From the human T2T-CHM13v2.0 reference genome, Homo sapiens: a stretch of 64,000 nt of DNA. The DNA lies in the NCBI RefSeq assembly GCF_009914755.1, contig NC_060928.1. One strand, 5' to 3'. Positions 1-17,634 of this stretch are shown one piece after another; position 1 is the stretch's first letter, and each line of letters opens with the position of its first letter. The notes beneath the pieces were generated by a model. That model was not told the origin of the DNA, did not search any database, and saw nothing but the letters and a program-made list of their open reading frames with translations. Position numbers and translations under genes: made by a program.

Positions 1-5220
<5,220 letters not shown>

Positions 5221-5254
5221 GAGTATTAAAAAAAGAGTGAAGATAAAATAAAAA

Positions 5255-5400
5255 AAAGAAAAATTGTAGAACTCTTAAATACAATAACTGAAATTAAGAA
5301 TTCAGTGGAATGATTTAACAACAGAATAAACAAATAATTGAACAGAATTTGTGAACTGGAAGATGGCTCAGAAGAAACTGAGATCCAAAGGTAGAGGGAA
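5255..5400 (+). mobile_element. Probable ancient L1M ORF1-region fragment
   Basis: AACTGAAATTAAGAATTCAGTGGA...GAATTTGTGAACTGGAAGATGG...AGAAGAAA resembles the coiled-coil-coding part of old mammalian L1 ORF1; heavily diverged, recognised by eye only. Confidence 0.45.
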
Positions 5401-6620
5401 ATGGGGGTAAAATTCAAATGTATCTGTTTAATATTCCCAAAGATACTGTGTTTGTTATATATAAAAATAAACACATATTTAAAAATCCCTTCACACCTTC
5501 ATACAGTAGTGTGCTGTGTGCAAGTGAACAAAAAGTTAGTATAGTTATTATTACACAATACTAGTGGAACATTGGTGTTATGTTAATCCTCTTTAACTTG
5601 ATGATCATTATTCCAGTGCTTCTATGTGTCCTGACTTCACAGATGCTTGTTGTTGCAAAATCCCGAGGTAAAACAAAGGTCCTGATATTATGGGCAGAGT
5701 GAGAGTGTGGCTGACTACAGTTTCTCCAGTTGAGGCCCTTCTGAGTGTACCCACTGAACAGCTTTGGGGAAGGAGGCTAAGGCCTACTATGTAAGTTGTC
5801 AGGGAGGGAGGTGACCTCCTAAGAAGTGATGGAGACTTCATGACATGGTCGAACTTGAAATGATTAGTGAAGTGGTATAATCTGTGAATCCAGCAAAATA
5901 CAATTATGTTCCTAGCTCTCCTTATTTTTAAGATTTCTGAGGAAATCTATAGATTAGAAATTAAATAAATCAATTCCAGTTTGCTTTTCAGAGAAGTAAA
6001 TTGTGCAGATTCTCATATTAGCACTGCTTCATAGAAAAATAGGACAGTATATTAACATTTCTCTCTGTTTTTATTTTTTATTTTTGCCATAACAGAGCTT
6101 TCTAACAATGTCCACGTAAACATTTTCTAACATCTCTGGCAATTTCCATTTCTGTTTTTTTCTTCTAAAAATTTAGCTAGCTAAATTTAAATGTTGAATT
6201 TGGATATTGTTTTCTTTCTTTTCCCCTCAGATTTATTTTAAATTGTAAATAACAATGCACTAGTTTCTTGAGTGTGCCCTGAGGGAGGTAGGTTTTGTAA
6301 TCCAGTGACCCCCAACCTGGGGTGGTTATGGTCTGCAGATGGAAAAAGTGGAATCCTGCAGGGGAAAAGGAAGCATCCAGATCTCTCCCCCTACTTTATA
6401 CTGGACAAAGTCTTAACAGCTAATGTCTTCCATCCTGGAGACTAGGCCGTCCATCTTCAGGACTTTCTCTTCAACCAATTGTCTGCTTAGTGGAATCTGG
6501 CAATTCAAGAAATATCCTCTTGTTTCTGATTTCTCATTTGATTTTTAATCCCAGTACACTTTTTAGATGATCACATAGATTCTGGGAACAATGGAAGAAA
6601 CAATAACAAAGGAAAAATAG
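5401..6620. other. Unclassified AT-rich, apparently non-satellite sequence (possible segmental-duplication remnant)
   Basis: No repeat family confidently recognised and no credible ORF; it is the only candidate unique anchor in the window. Confidence 0.4.
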
Positions 6621-8048
6621 TGGGGCAAGATGGCCAAATAGAAACCTTCACCAATTGTCCTCCCCACAGGAACAGCAAATTGAACAACTATTCACACAAA
6701 AAAGCACCTTCATAAGAAAGAAAAACCAGATGAGCATTCACAGTACCTGGTTTAACTTCAGGTAACTGAAAGAGGCACTGAAGAGTTAGGAAGGACAGTC
6801 TTGAATTGCCTACATAACCCCTCCCTTAACCCCCTCAGCAATGGCTGTATGGTGTGGAGAGAGAATCTGTGTGCTTGATGGGAGGGAAAGTGCAGTGATT
6901 GTGGGACTTTGCATTGGAACTCAGTGCTACCCTGTCACAGTGGAAAGCAACACCATGCAGAACTCAGCTGGTGACCATTGAAGGAGGATTTAGAACAGAC
7001 CTAGTCAGAGGAGAATCACCCATCTGGAAGCCCTTTCAGGGCAGGCTAAAGTGCTCTGGGGGTCCTAAATAAACTTGAAAGGCAGTCTAGGGCAGAAGAA
7101 ATAGCAAGACCTGCTGAGCAAGTCCTGGTTCTGTGCTGGTCTCAGAGCCAGTGGACTTGGGCGACATGCAACCTAATGAAACACCAGCCAGTGTGGCCAA
7201 AGGAGTGCTTGTGCCACTTCTCTCCCAACCTCCGGTAGCACAGCTCAAAGCTCTGGGAGAGATTCCTTCCCTCCACTTGAGGAGAAGAGAGGGAATAATA
7301 AAGAGGATTTTGTCTTGCAACTTGGATGCCAGCTCAGCCACAGTAGGTTAGGGCACTGGGCAGAGTTTTGAGGCAGCCATTCCAAGCCCTAGCTCCCAAG
7401 TGACATTTCTAGACATGCTTTGGGCCAGAAGGGAACCAGTTGCCTTGAAGAGAAGGACCCAGTCCTGGCAGAATTTATCATCTGCTGGCTAAAGAGCGTT
7501 TGGACCCTGAATAATCAGTAATGGTAGGCAGGCAGTACTCACCATGCCTTGGGTAATACTCAGAGACATACTGGTTTTAAATTTGATCCACCACATTCCC
7601 ATCTGTGGTGGCTATGGGGATAGATTCTTTCTGCTTGAGAAAAGGAGTAGAAGAGTAAAGCGAAGAGTAAAAGGCACTTTGTCTTGCAACTCAGGTACCA
7701 GCTCAGCCAGTGAGACAGAACACCAAGTAGGCTCTTGGGGTCTCTGATTCCAGGCCTTGGATCTTGAATGGTATTTCTGGACCTGCCCTGGGCCAGAGGG
7801 AAGCCCACTGCCTTAATAGGGTGAGTCTCAGGCATGGCAGCATTTACCACAAGATGACTGAAGAGCCACTGGGCCTTGAGTGAACATTGGCAGTACCCAG
7901 GCAGGACTCATTGCAGGCCTGGGGCAGTGGTGGCCATGGGGAGAGACTTTTTTGCTTGTGGAAATGGAAGGCAATAGTGGGAAGGACTTGGATTTGTGGC
8001 TTGGGTGGCAACTCAGCAGAACTCGAGTAGACCACCAGGTAGATTTCT
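6621..8048 (+). mobile_element. Old LINE-1 5' UTR (L1M1/L1MA-type), 3'-truncated
   Basis: Begins GGGGCAAGATGGCCAAATAGAA, then AACAACTATTCACACAAAAAAGCACCTTCATAAGAA and GGACTTTGCATTGGAACTCAGTGCT; internal repeat TTTGTCTTGCAACT...CCAGCTCAGCCA at about 7309 and 7678; CpG-depleted. Confidence 0.78.
6626..6635 (+). promoter_or_regulatory. YY1-type motif of the L1 internal promoter start
   Basis: CAAGATGGCC at the 5' end of the L1 5' UTR, the conserved position in L1 promoters; activity unknown. Confidence 0.5.
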
Positions 8049-8166
8049 TTTCTTTTTTTTTTTTTGCTTGCATCGTTTCTTTCTTTCTTTCTTTTTTTTT
8101 ATTATTATACTTTAAGTTCTAGGGTACATGTGCACAATGTGCAGGTTTGTTACATATGTATACATG
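8049..8166 (-). mobile_element. Antisense L1PA (L1PA5-like) extreme 3' end: ~66 bp plus degenerate poly(A)
   Basis: T-rich tract 8049-8100 followed by ATTATTATACTTTAAGTTCTAGGGTACATGTGCACAATGTGCAGGTTTGTTACATATGTATACATG, the reverse complement of the L1PA terminus. Confidence 0.9.
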
Positions 8167-8993
8167 AAAGAACCTATCTCTGGAAATGCTTTGTGATGTG
8201 TGGATTCATGTCACAGAATTAAACCTTTTTTTTGAGTCAGCAGCTTGGAAACACTTTTTTTTTTTTGTAGAATCTGTGAAGGGACATTTGGGAGCCCATT
8301 ATGGCCTATAATGAAAAACTGAATATCCTGTAGCAAAAACTAGAAAGAAGCTCTGTGAAAATGATTCTTGATGTGTGGATTCATCTCACAGAGTTAAACT
8401 TTTCTTTTTATTCAGCAGGTTGGAAACACACTTTTTGGAAAATCAACAAAAGACATTTGGGAGCCCATTGAGCCCAATAGCAAAAAACCGAATATACTGT
8501 GATAAAAACTAGCAAGAATCTATCTGGGAAAATGCTTTCCAATGTGTGGATTCATTTAGAAGATTAAACCTTTTTTTTGATTCACCATGTTGCAAACATT
8601 TCTTTTGTAGAATCTACAAAAGATATTTGGGAGTCCATTGAGTCCTATAGTGAAAAAGTGAATATCCCAGGATAAAAACTAGAAAGAAGCTCTCTGTGAA
8701 AACGCTTTGCAATGTGTGGATTCATCTCACAGAGTTAAACCTTTCTTTTGATTCAGCACCCTGGAAATGCTGTTTTTGTAGAATCTGTGAAGAGACATTT
8801 GAGAACCCTTGAGGCCTGTAGTGAAAACGAATATTCACACACACACACAAAAAATAACTAAAAAGAAACTATATGTGGAAACTCTTTGCAATTTATGCAT
8901 TCATCTCCCAGAGTTGAATCTTTACTTTGATTCAGCAGGATGGAAAATCTTTTTTTGTAGAATCTGTGATGGGACATTTAAAAGCCCATTGAG

Positions 8994-9400
<407 letters not shown>

Positions 9401-10513
9401 TTATTTGCAGGTTGGAAACACTCTTATTGTAGAACCTGCCCAGGGATAATTGGGAGCCCATTGAGGCCTGTAGTGAAAAACTGAAAATCCCACCATACAC
9501 ACTGAAAAGAAACTATCTGTGAAAAACACTTTGCAATGTGTGGATTCATTTTACAGAGTTAAACATTTCTTTGCAAACACTCTCTTTGGAAATGTATGAA
9601 AGATATTTTGGAGCCCTTGAGGCCTATAGTGATAAATTGTATATCCTGTGATTAAAAAGTAGAATGAAATGAATTGTGAAATGCTTTGCCATGGGTGGAT
9701 TTGTCTCATGGAGGTAAACCTTTCTTTCGATTCAGTAGGTAGGAAACATTCTTTTTGTAGAATGTGCAAAGGGACATTTTGGGAGCCCACTGAGGCCCAT
9801 AGTGAAAAACCTAATATCCCGTGATAAAAACCAGAAAAAAGCTGTGTGTAAAAACGCTTTGCCATGTGAGGATACATCTCAAAGAGTTAAACCTTTGCTC
9901 TGATTCTGCAGGTTGGAAACACTCTCTTGGTAGAATATGAGAAGGGACATTTGAGAGCCCATGGAGGCCTATATTGAAAAACTGAATATTTTGTGATATA
10001 AACTAGAAAGAAGCTATTTTTGAAAATGCTTTGTAATGTGAGGATTCATCTCACAATGGTAAGCCATTCTTTTGATTCTGTAGGTTGAAAACACTCGTTA
10101 TTTAGAATCTGTGAAGGGAAATTCGGGAGCCACTTGAGGCCTATAGTGAAAAACTGAAAATCCCCAGATAAAAACTAGAAAAAGCTGTCTGTGAAAACAG
10201 TTTGTGATGTGTGAAATCATCTCAAAGAGTTAAACCTTTCTTTTGATTGAGCAGGTATGAAACAATGTTTTTGTAGAATCTGCAAAGGGACATTTGGAAG
10301 CCCATTGAGGCCTATAGTGAAAAACCAAATATTCTGTGTAAAAACTAGAAATAAGATATATGTGAAAATGATTGGGATGTGAGGATTCAACTCAAAGAGT
10401 TAAACCTTCCTTTTGATTCAGCAGGTTGGAAACACTCTTTTGGAAGCATCTGCAAAGGGACATTTGTGAGCCAATAGAGCCCTGTAGGGAAAACTGAATA
10501 TTTCCCCCTTGGC

Positions 10514-10587
10514 CAAAAAAAAACAAAAACAAAAACAAAAACAAAAACAAAAACAAAAACAAAAAAACAAAAAACAGCAACAAAAAA
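10514..10587 (+). repeat. (CAAAAA)n microsatellite within an alphoid monomer
   Basis: Directly visible tandem CAAAAA units replacing the GATAAAAACTAG segment. Confidence 0.9.
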
Positions 10588-13500
10588 CCCTCAAAGCTAT
10601 TTGAGGACATGCTTTGTGATGTGTGGATTCATCTCGCAGAAGTAAACCTTAATTTTGATTCAGCAGGTTGGAAACACTCTTGTTGTAGAATGTGTACAGG
10701 GATATTTGGAAGCTCTTAGAGGCACACATGGAAAAACCGAGTATCCCGCAATAAAAACTAGAAAGAATATATCTGTGAAAATGCTTTGCCATGTGTGGAT
10801 AAATCAAATCTAGATAAACCTTTCTTTACATTCAGCATGTTGGAAACACTCTTCTTATAGAATCTGTGAACGGACATTTTGGGGTCCATTGATGCCTATA
10901 CTGAAAAACTGACTATTCTGAAATGAAAACTAGAAAAAAACTACCTGTGGAAACGCTCTGTGAAGTGTGGATTCATCTCACAAAGTTAAAACTTTCTATT
11001 GAAAGGTTGAATACACTTTTTTTTTTTGTAGATTCTGCCAAGGCACATATGGGAGGCCATTGAGGCCTAGAGTGAAAAGCCGAATATACCACAAGAAAAA
11101 CTAGAAAAAGTGATCTGAGGAAACACTTTGCAATGTGTGGATTCAACTCACCAAGTTGAACAATTCTTTGATTCAGCAGGTTGGGAACACTATTTTTATA
11201 GCATTTGCAAAGGGACATTTGGGAGTCCATTGAGGCCTTTATTGAAGACCTGAATATCCCGTGACAAAAACTAGAAAGAAGCTATCTGTGGAAAGGCTTC
11301 GAGATGTGTGGATGTATCTCACAGAGTTAAACACTTCTTTTGATTCAGCAGGTTGGAAAGCCTCTTTTTGTAGAATCGGTGAAAGGACATATAGGAGCCC
11401 TTTTAGGCCTATAGTCAAAAACTGAATATCCCATGATAAAAACTTGAAGAAAGCTATCTGTGTAAACACTATGCAATGTGGTTTCATCTTACAGACTTAC
11501 ACCTTTCTTTTGATTCAGCATGTTGGAAATACTCTTTTTGTAGAATCTGTGAAGGTATATTTTGGAGCCCATTGGGGTATATAGTAGAAAATTAAATATC
11601 CCATAATCAAAACTATAAAGAAGTTATCTGTGAAAACACTTCACAATGTGTGGATTCAGCTCATAGATTTAAACCTTTCTTTCTATTCAGCATGTTGGAA
11701 ACACTCAGTTTGTAGAATTTAAGAAGGACATTTGAAAGCCCGTTGAGGCCTACAGTGAAAAACAGAATATCACATGAAAAAACTAGAAAGAAACTTCCTT
11801 TGAAAACGCTTGTGATGTGTGGACTCATCTCACAGAGGTAAACCTTTCTTTTGATTCAGTTGATTGGAAACATTCTTTTTGTAGAATCTGCAAATGGACA
11901 TTTGGGAACTCATTTAGGCATATAGTGAAAAACCAAATATTCCATGACACAAACTAGAAGGAGGCTATTGTGAAAACGTTTTGCAATGAGTGGATTCATC
12001 TGGCAGAGTTAAACCTTTCTTTTATTCAGCATGTTTGAAACACACTTCCTGTAGAATCTATGAAGGGACATTTGGGAGCCCATTGTGGCCTATAGTGAAA
12101 AACTGAATATTACCCCCAAAAAACTAGAAAGAAGCTATTTGTGCTAATGCTTTGCAGTGTGTGGATTTACCTCACAGAGTTAAACCTTTTTTTGATTCAA
12201 CTGGTTGGAAACACTATTTTTGTATAATCTGCAAAGGACATTTGGGAACCCATTCAGGCCTTTAGTGAAAAATCAAATATCCCACAATACAAACTATAAA
12301 GTAGCTGTCTGTGAAAAGGCTCTGCCATGTGTGGATTCATATCACAGAGATAAACCTGTCTTTTAAATCAGCAGGTTGGAAACACTCTTGTTCTAGAATC
12401 TGCAAAGGGACATTTGGAAGCCAATTAAGGCCTATAGCTAAAAACCAATTATTCCCCCCAAATAACTAAAATGAAGCTATCTGTGGAAATGCTTTGTGAA
12501 GTGTTGATTTATCTCACAAAGTTAAACCTTTCTTTTGATTCATCTCGTTGGAAACCCTCTTTTTGTAGAATCTGCGCAGGGGCATTTGGGAACCCATTGA
12601 GGCCTGTAGTGATGAACTTATAATCCCATGATAAAAACTAAAAAGAAGTTTTCTGTGAAAATGCTTTGAACTTTGTGGAATTATCTCACAGAGTTAAATG
12701 TTTCTTTTGATTCAGCAGGTTGGAAACACTCTTTTAGTAGAATCTGTGCAGGGACACATCAGAATCCATTGAGGCCTATAGTGAAAATCTGATATCCCAT
12801 GATAAAAACTCAAAAGAAGCTAACTGTTAAATGCTTTGTGCTTTGTGGATTCATCTCACATAGTTAAACCTTTTTTTTTTGATTCAGATGGTTGGAAACA
12901 CTCTTTTTGTACAATCTATGCAAAGACATTTTGAAACACAATGAGTTGTATAGTGAAAAACAGGTGTCATGTGATAAAAACAAGAAAGAAGCTACTTGTT
13001 AAAATGCTTTGCACTTTATTCATTCATCTCACAGAGTTAAACCACTGTTTTGATTCATCAGGTTGGAATCACTCTTTTTGTAGTATCTGCACAAGGATAT
13101 TTGGGAGTCCCTTGAGACATATAGTGATAATCAGAATATCCTGTGATAAAAACTAAAAAGAAGCTATCTATGAAAATGCTTTGTGCTTTGTGGATCATCT
13201 CACAGAGTTAAAACTTTCCTTTGAATCAGCAGGTTCAAAAGACTCTTTTTGTAGAATCTGTGCAGGGTCTTTTGGGAGCCCATTGAGGCCTATAGTGATA
13301 AAAAGAGTTTTCTGCAATAAAAACTAAAAAAGATATCTGTGAAAGTGCTTTCCACTTTATGGATTCATTCCACAAGTTAAAACATTCTTTTGATTCAGTA
13401 GGATGAAAATATTCTTCCTGGAGAATCTTAGTAGGAAGATTTCTGAGTCCATTGAGGCCTATAGTGAAGAAAAGAAAACTCCATGATAAAAACTAGAGGG

Positions 13501-16500
13501 AAGTATCTGAGAAAATGCTTTGCAATGTGTGGATTCATCTCACAGAGTTTAACCTTTCTTTTGAGGCAGCAGGTTGGAAACACTCTTTTTGTAGAATCTG
13601 CACAAGGACATTTGGTGTTCTATTGAGGCCTATAGTGATAAACTGAATATCCCACAATAAAAACTAAAAAGAAGCTATCTGTGAAAACACTTTACACCTT
13701 GAGGATTCATCTCACAAATTTAAACCTTTCTTTTAATTCAGCAGGTTGGAAACACTCTTTTTGTAGTATCTGTTTAGTGACACTTAGTGCCTATTGAGGC
13801 CTCGAGTGATAAACTGATTATCCTGCAATTAAAACAACAAAAAAGCTATTCTTAAAAGTTCTTTGTGCTTTGTAGATTCATTTCACAGGATTAAACCTTT
13901 CTTTTGATTCATCAGGTTGGAAACACTCTTTTTGTAGAATCTGTGCAAGGACATTTCTAAGCCCATTGAAGCCTATAGTGATAAACTGAATATCCTTTGA
14001 TAAAAACTGAAAAGAAGCTATCTATGATAATGCTTTGTGCTTTGTGGATTCACCTCACAGATTTTAACCTTTCTTTTGATTCAGCAGGTAGGAAACACTC
14101 TTCTTGTAGAATCTGTATAGGGACACTTCGGAGCCCATTGGTGCCTGTAGTGAAAAACTGATATTTCGTGATAAAAACTAGAAAGAAGCTCCCTGTAAAA
14201 ACACTCAGGATGTGTGGATTAATCTAACAGAGTTACACCTTTATTTTGATTCAGGTGGTTGGAAACACTTTTCTTGTAGAATCTGTGCAGGGACTTTTGG
14301 GAGCCCATTGGGACTTAGAGTGATAAACCAATAATCCTGCAAACAAACAAACAAACAAAAACCAAAAAAGAAGCTATCTGTGAGAATGCTTTGTGCTTTC
14401 TGGATTCATCCCAGTGTTAAACCTTTTTTGATTCAGCAGGTTGGAAACACTCATTTTGTAGAGTCTGCACAAAGACATTTCAGAGCCCAATGAGCCCTAT
14501 AGTGCAAAATCGACATCCCATGATGAAAACTAGAAAGCAGCACTCTGTGAAAAACACTTTGCACTTTGTGGATTCATCTCACAGCGTTAAACCTTTCTTT
14601 TGATTGAGCAGGTTCAGAAACACTGTTTTTGTAGAATCTGCACAGGGACATTCAGGAGCCTAATGAGGCCTATTAGTGCAAAACAGATATCCTGTTATAA
14701 AAATTAGAAAGAAGGTCTCTGTAAAAACGTTTTCCAATGTGTAGTTTCATCTCAAAGTGTTAAACCTTTCTTATTATTCAGCAGGTTGGAAACCCTCTTT
14801 TTGTAGATCTTCACAGGGACATTTGGGAGCACATTGAGGCCTATAGTGATAAACTGAATACCACAGAATAAAAACAAAAATAATCTATCTGTAAAAATGC
14901 TTTGTGCTTAGTGGACTTATCTCACACAGTTAAAACTTTCCTTTAATTAAGTATGTTGGAAACACTCTTTTTGTAGATTCTGCACAAGGACATTTGGGAG
15001 TTCATTTAGGCCTACAATGATGAATCAAATGTCCATGATAAATACTAGGAAGATGCTATCTTTGAAAACGCTTGGCATTTTATTAGGACATTAGGAAACT
15101 TTTTGAGGACTATAGTGATAAATTGAATATATCATGATAAAAACTAAAAAGAAGCTATCTGTGAAAATGCTTTGCACACTGTGGATTCATCTCACAGAGT
15201 TAAGCCATTCTTTTGATTCAGCACGTTAAAAACACTGTTTTTGTAGAATGCTCAGGGACACTTTTAAAGTCATTAAGGCCTATAGTGCAAAACTGATATC
15301 CTGTGAAAAAAACTGGAAAGAAGCTACCTGTGAAATTGATTTGCAATTTGTGAATTCATCTCACAAAGTTAAACCTATATTTGAATTAGCAGCTTTGTGA
15401 TGTGTAGAGTCATCTCATAGAGTTAAAACTTTATTTAAATTTGGCAGGTTGGAAACACTCTTTTTGTAGAATCTGTGCAGGGACATTTGGGAGCCCATTG
15501 ATACCTGTAGTGAGAAACTGATATTCCTTGATAAAAACTAGAAGGAATCTATCTGTGAAAACACCTTGCTGTGTGTGTATTAAGCTCACAGAGTTAATCC
15601 TTTCTTTTTTATTCAGCAGTTGGGAAACACTCTTTTTGTAGAATATGCACAGAAACATTTGGGAGTCCATTGAGGCCTGCAGTGAAAAACCAATATCCCA
15701 CACTAAAAACTAGAAAGAATCTGTTAAAATGCTTTGCCATGTGTGGATTCATCTCACAGAGATAATCCTTTCCTTTGATTTAACAGGTTGGAAACACTTT
15801 TTTAGTAGAAGCTGTGCAAGAACATTTAGGAGCCCATTGAGGCCTATAATGAAAAACCAATATCCATTATATTCCGTTTCATTCCATTGCATTCCATTCC
15901 ATTCCATTCTACACGGGTTGATTCCATTCCATTCCATTCCATTCCATTCCAGTCGTGTTGATACCATTCCATTCCATTCCATTCCATGCCATTCCATTCA
16001 ATTCAATTCCATTCCACTCCATTCCATTACATTCCATTCCACTCGAGTTGATTCTATTCCATTCCATTCCATTCCATTCCATTCCATTCCATTCCATTCC
16101 ATTCCATTCCATCCATGCCATTGCATTCGGGTTCATTCCATGGCATTCAATTCCATTCCGTTCCGTTCCATTCTATTCCATTCCATTCCATTGCATTGCC
16201 TTCCATTCCGCTCCATTCCATTCCATTCCACTCCATTCCATTCCATTCCATTCCACTCGGGTTGATTCCATACCTTTCCATTCCATTCCATTCCCTTCAT
16301 TCCTTTCCATTCCATTGCATTCCAGTCGGGTTGATTCCATTCCATTGCTTTCCATTCGATTCCATTGCATGCCTTTCTATTCCATTCCACTCGGTTTGAT
16401 TCCGTTGCATTCTATTCCATTCCATTGCACTTGGGTTCATTCCATTCCATTCCATTCCATTCCATTCCATTCCATTCCACTCCATTCCATTACATTCCAT

Positions 16501-17634
16501 TCCACGCGAATTGATTCTATTCCATTCCATTCCATTCCATTCCATTCCATTCGGGTTCATTCCATGCCATTCAATTCCATTCTGTTCCATTCCATTCCAT
16601 TCCATTCCATTCCATTCCATTCCATTCCATTCCATTCCATTCCATTCCATTCCATTCCATTGCCTTCCATTCCACTCCATTCCATTCCATTCCATTCCAT
16701 TCCATTCCATTCCATTCCATTCCATTCCATTCCATTCCATTCCATTCCATTCCACTCGGGTTGATTCCATACCTTTCCATTCCATTCCATTCCCTTCATT
16801 CCTTTCCATTCCATTCCGTTCCAGTCGGGTTGATTCCATTCCATTGCTTTCCATTCGATTCCATTGCATGCCTTTCTATTCCATTCCACTCGGGTTGATT
16901 CCGTTGCATTGTATTCCATTCCATTGCACTTGGGTTGATTCCATTCCATTCCGTTCTGTTGCATTCCATTCCATTGCATTCCATACCATTCCATTCCACT
17001 CGGGATGATTCCATTCCATTCCATTCCATTCCATTCCATTCCATTCCATTCCATTCCATTCCACTCCATTCCATTACATTCCCTTCCACTCAAGTTGATT
17101 CTATTCCATTCCACTCCATTCCATTTCACTCCATTCCATTCCATTCCATTCCATTCCATTCCGTTCCTTTCCAATCCGTGATATTCAACTAGCGTTGAAT
17201 CCATTGCATTCCATTCCAATCCATTCCTCTCCATTCAATTCCTCTCTGATTTATTCTATTCCGTTCCATTCCATTCCGTTCTGTTACATTCTGTTCCATT
17301 GCCTTCCATACCATTCCATTCCACTCGGGATGTTTCCATTCTATTCCATTATATTACGTTTCATTCCATTGCATTCCATTCCATTCCATTCCACTCGGGT
17401 TGATTCCATTCCATTCCATTCCATTCCATTCCATTCCATTCCATTCCATTCCATTCCATTGCATTCCATTCCATTCCGTTCCTTTCCATTCGTGTTGATT
17501 CCACTCCATTCCATTCCATTCCATTCCATTCCTTTCCAATCCATGACATTCAACTAGGTTGAATCCATTGCATTCCATTCCAATCCATTCCTCTCCATTC
17601 AATTACTCTCTGATTCAATCTATTCCGTTCCATT

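Noticed and set aside
5598-5634. TGATGA...CTGA resembling C/D box snoRNA motifs
   Set aside because: Boxes are under 30 nt apart, the C box lacks the leading purine and there is no terminal stem.
6302-6325. CAGTGACCCCCAACCTGGGGT, vaguely like a hAT-Charlie terminal repeat or small hairpin
   Set aside because: Too short, and no partner terminal repeat or 8 bp TSD was identified.
7087-8122. Short ORFs on both strands
   Set aside because: They lie inside a decayed L1 5' UTR and the poly(T)/L1 stub.
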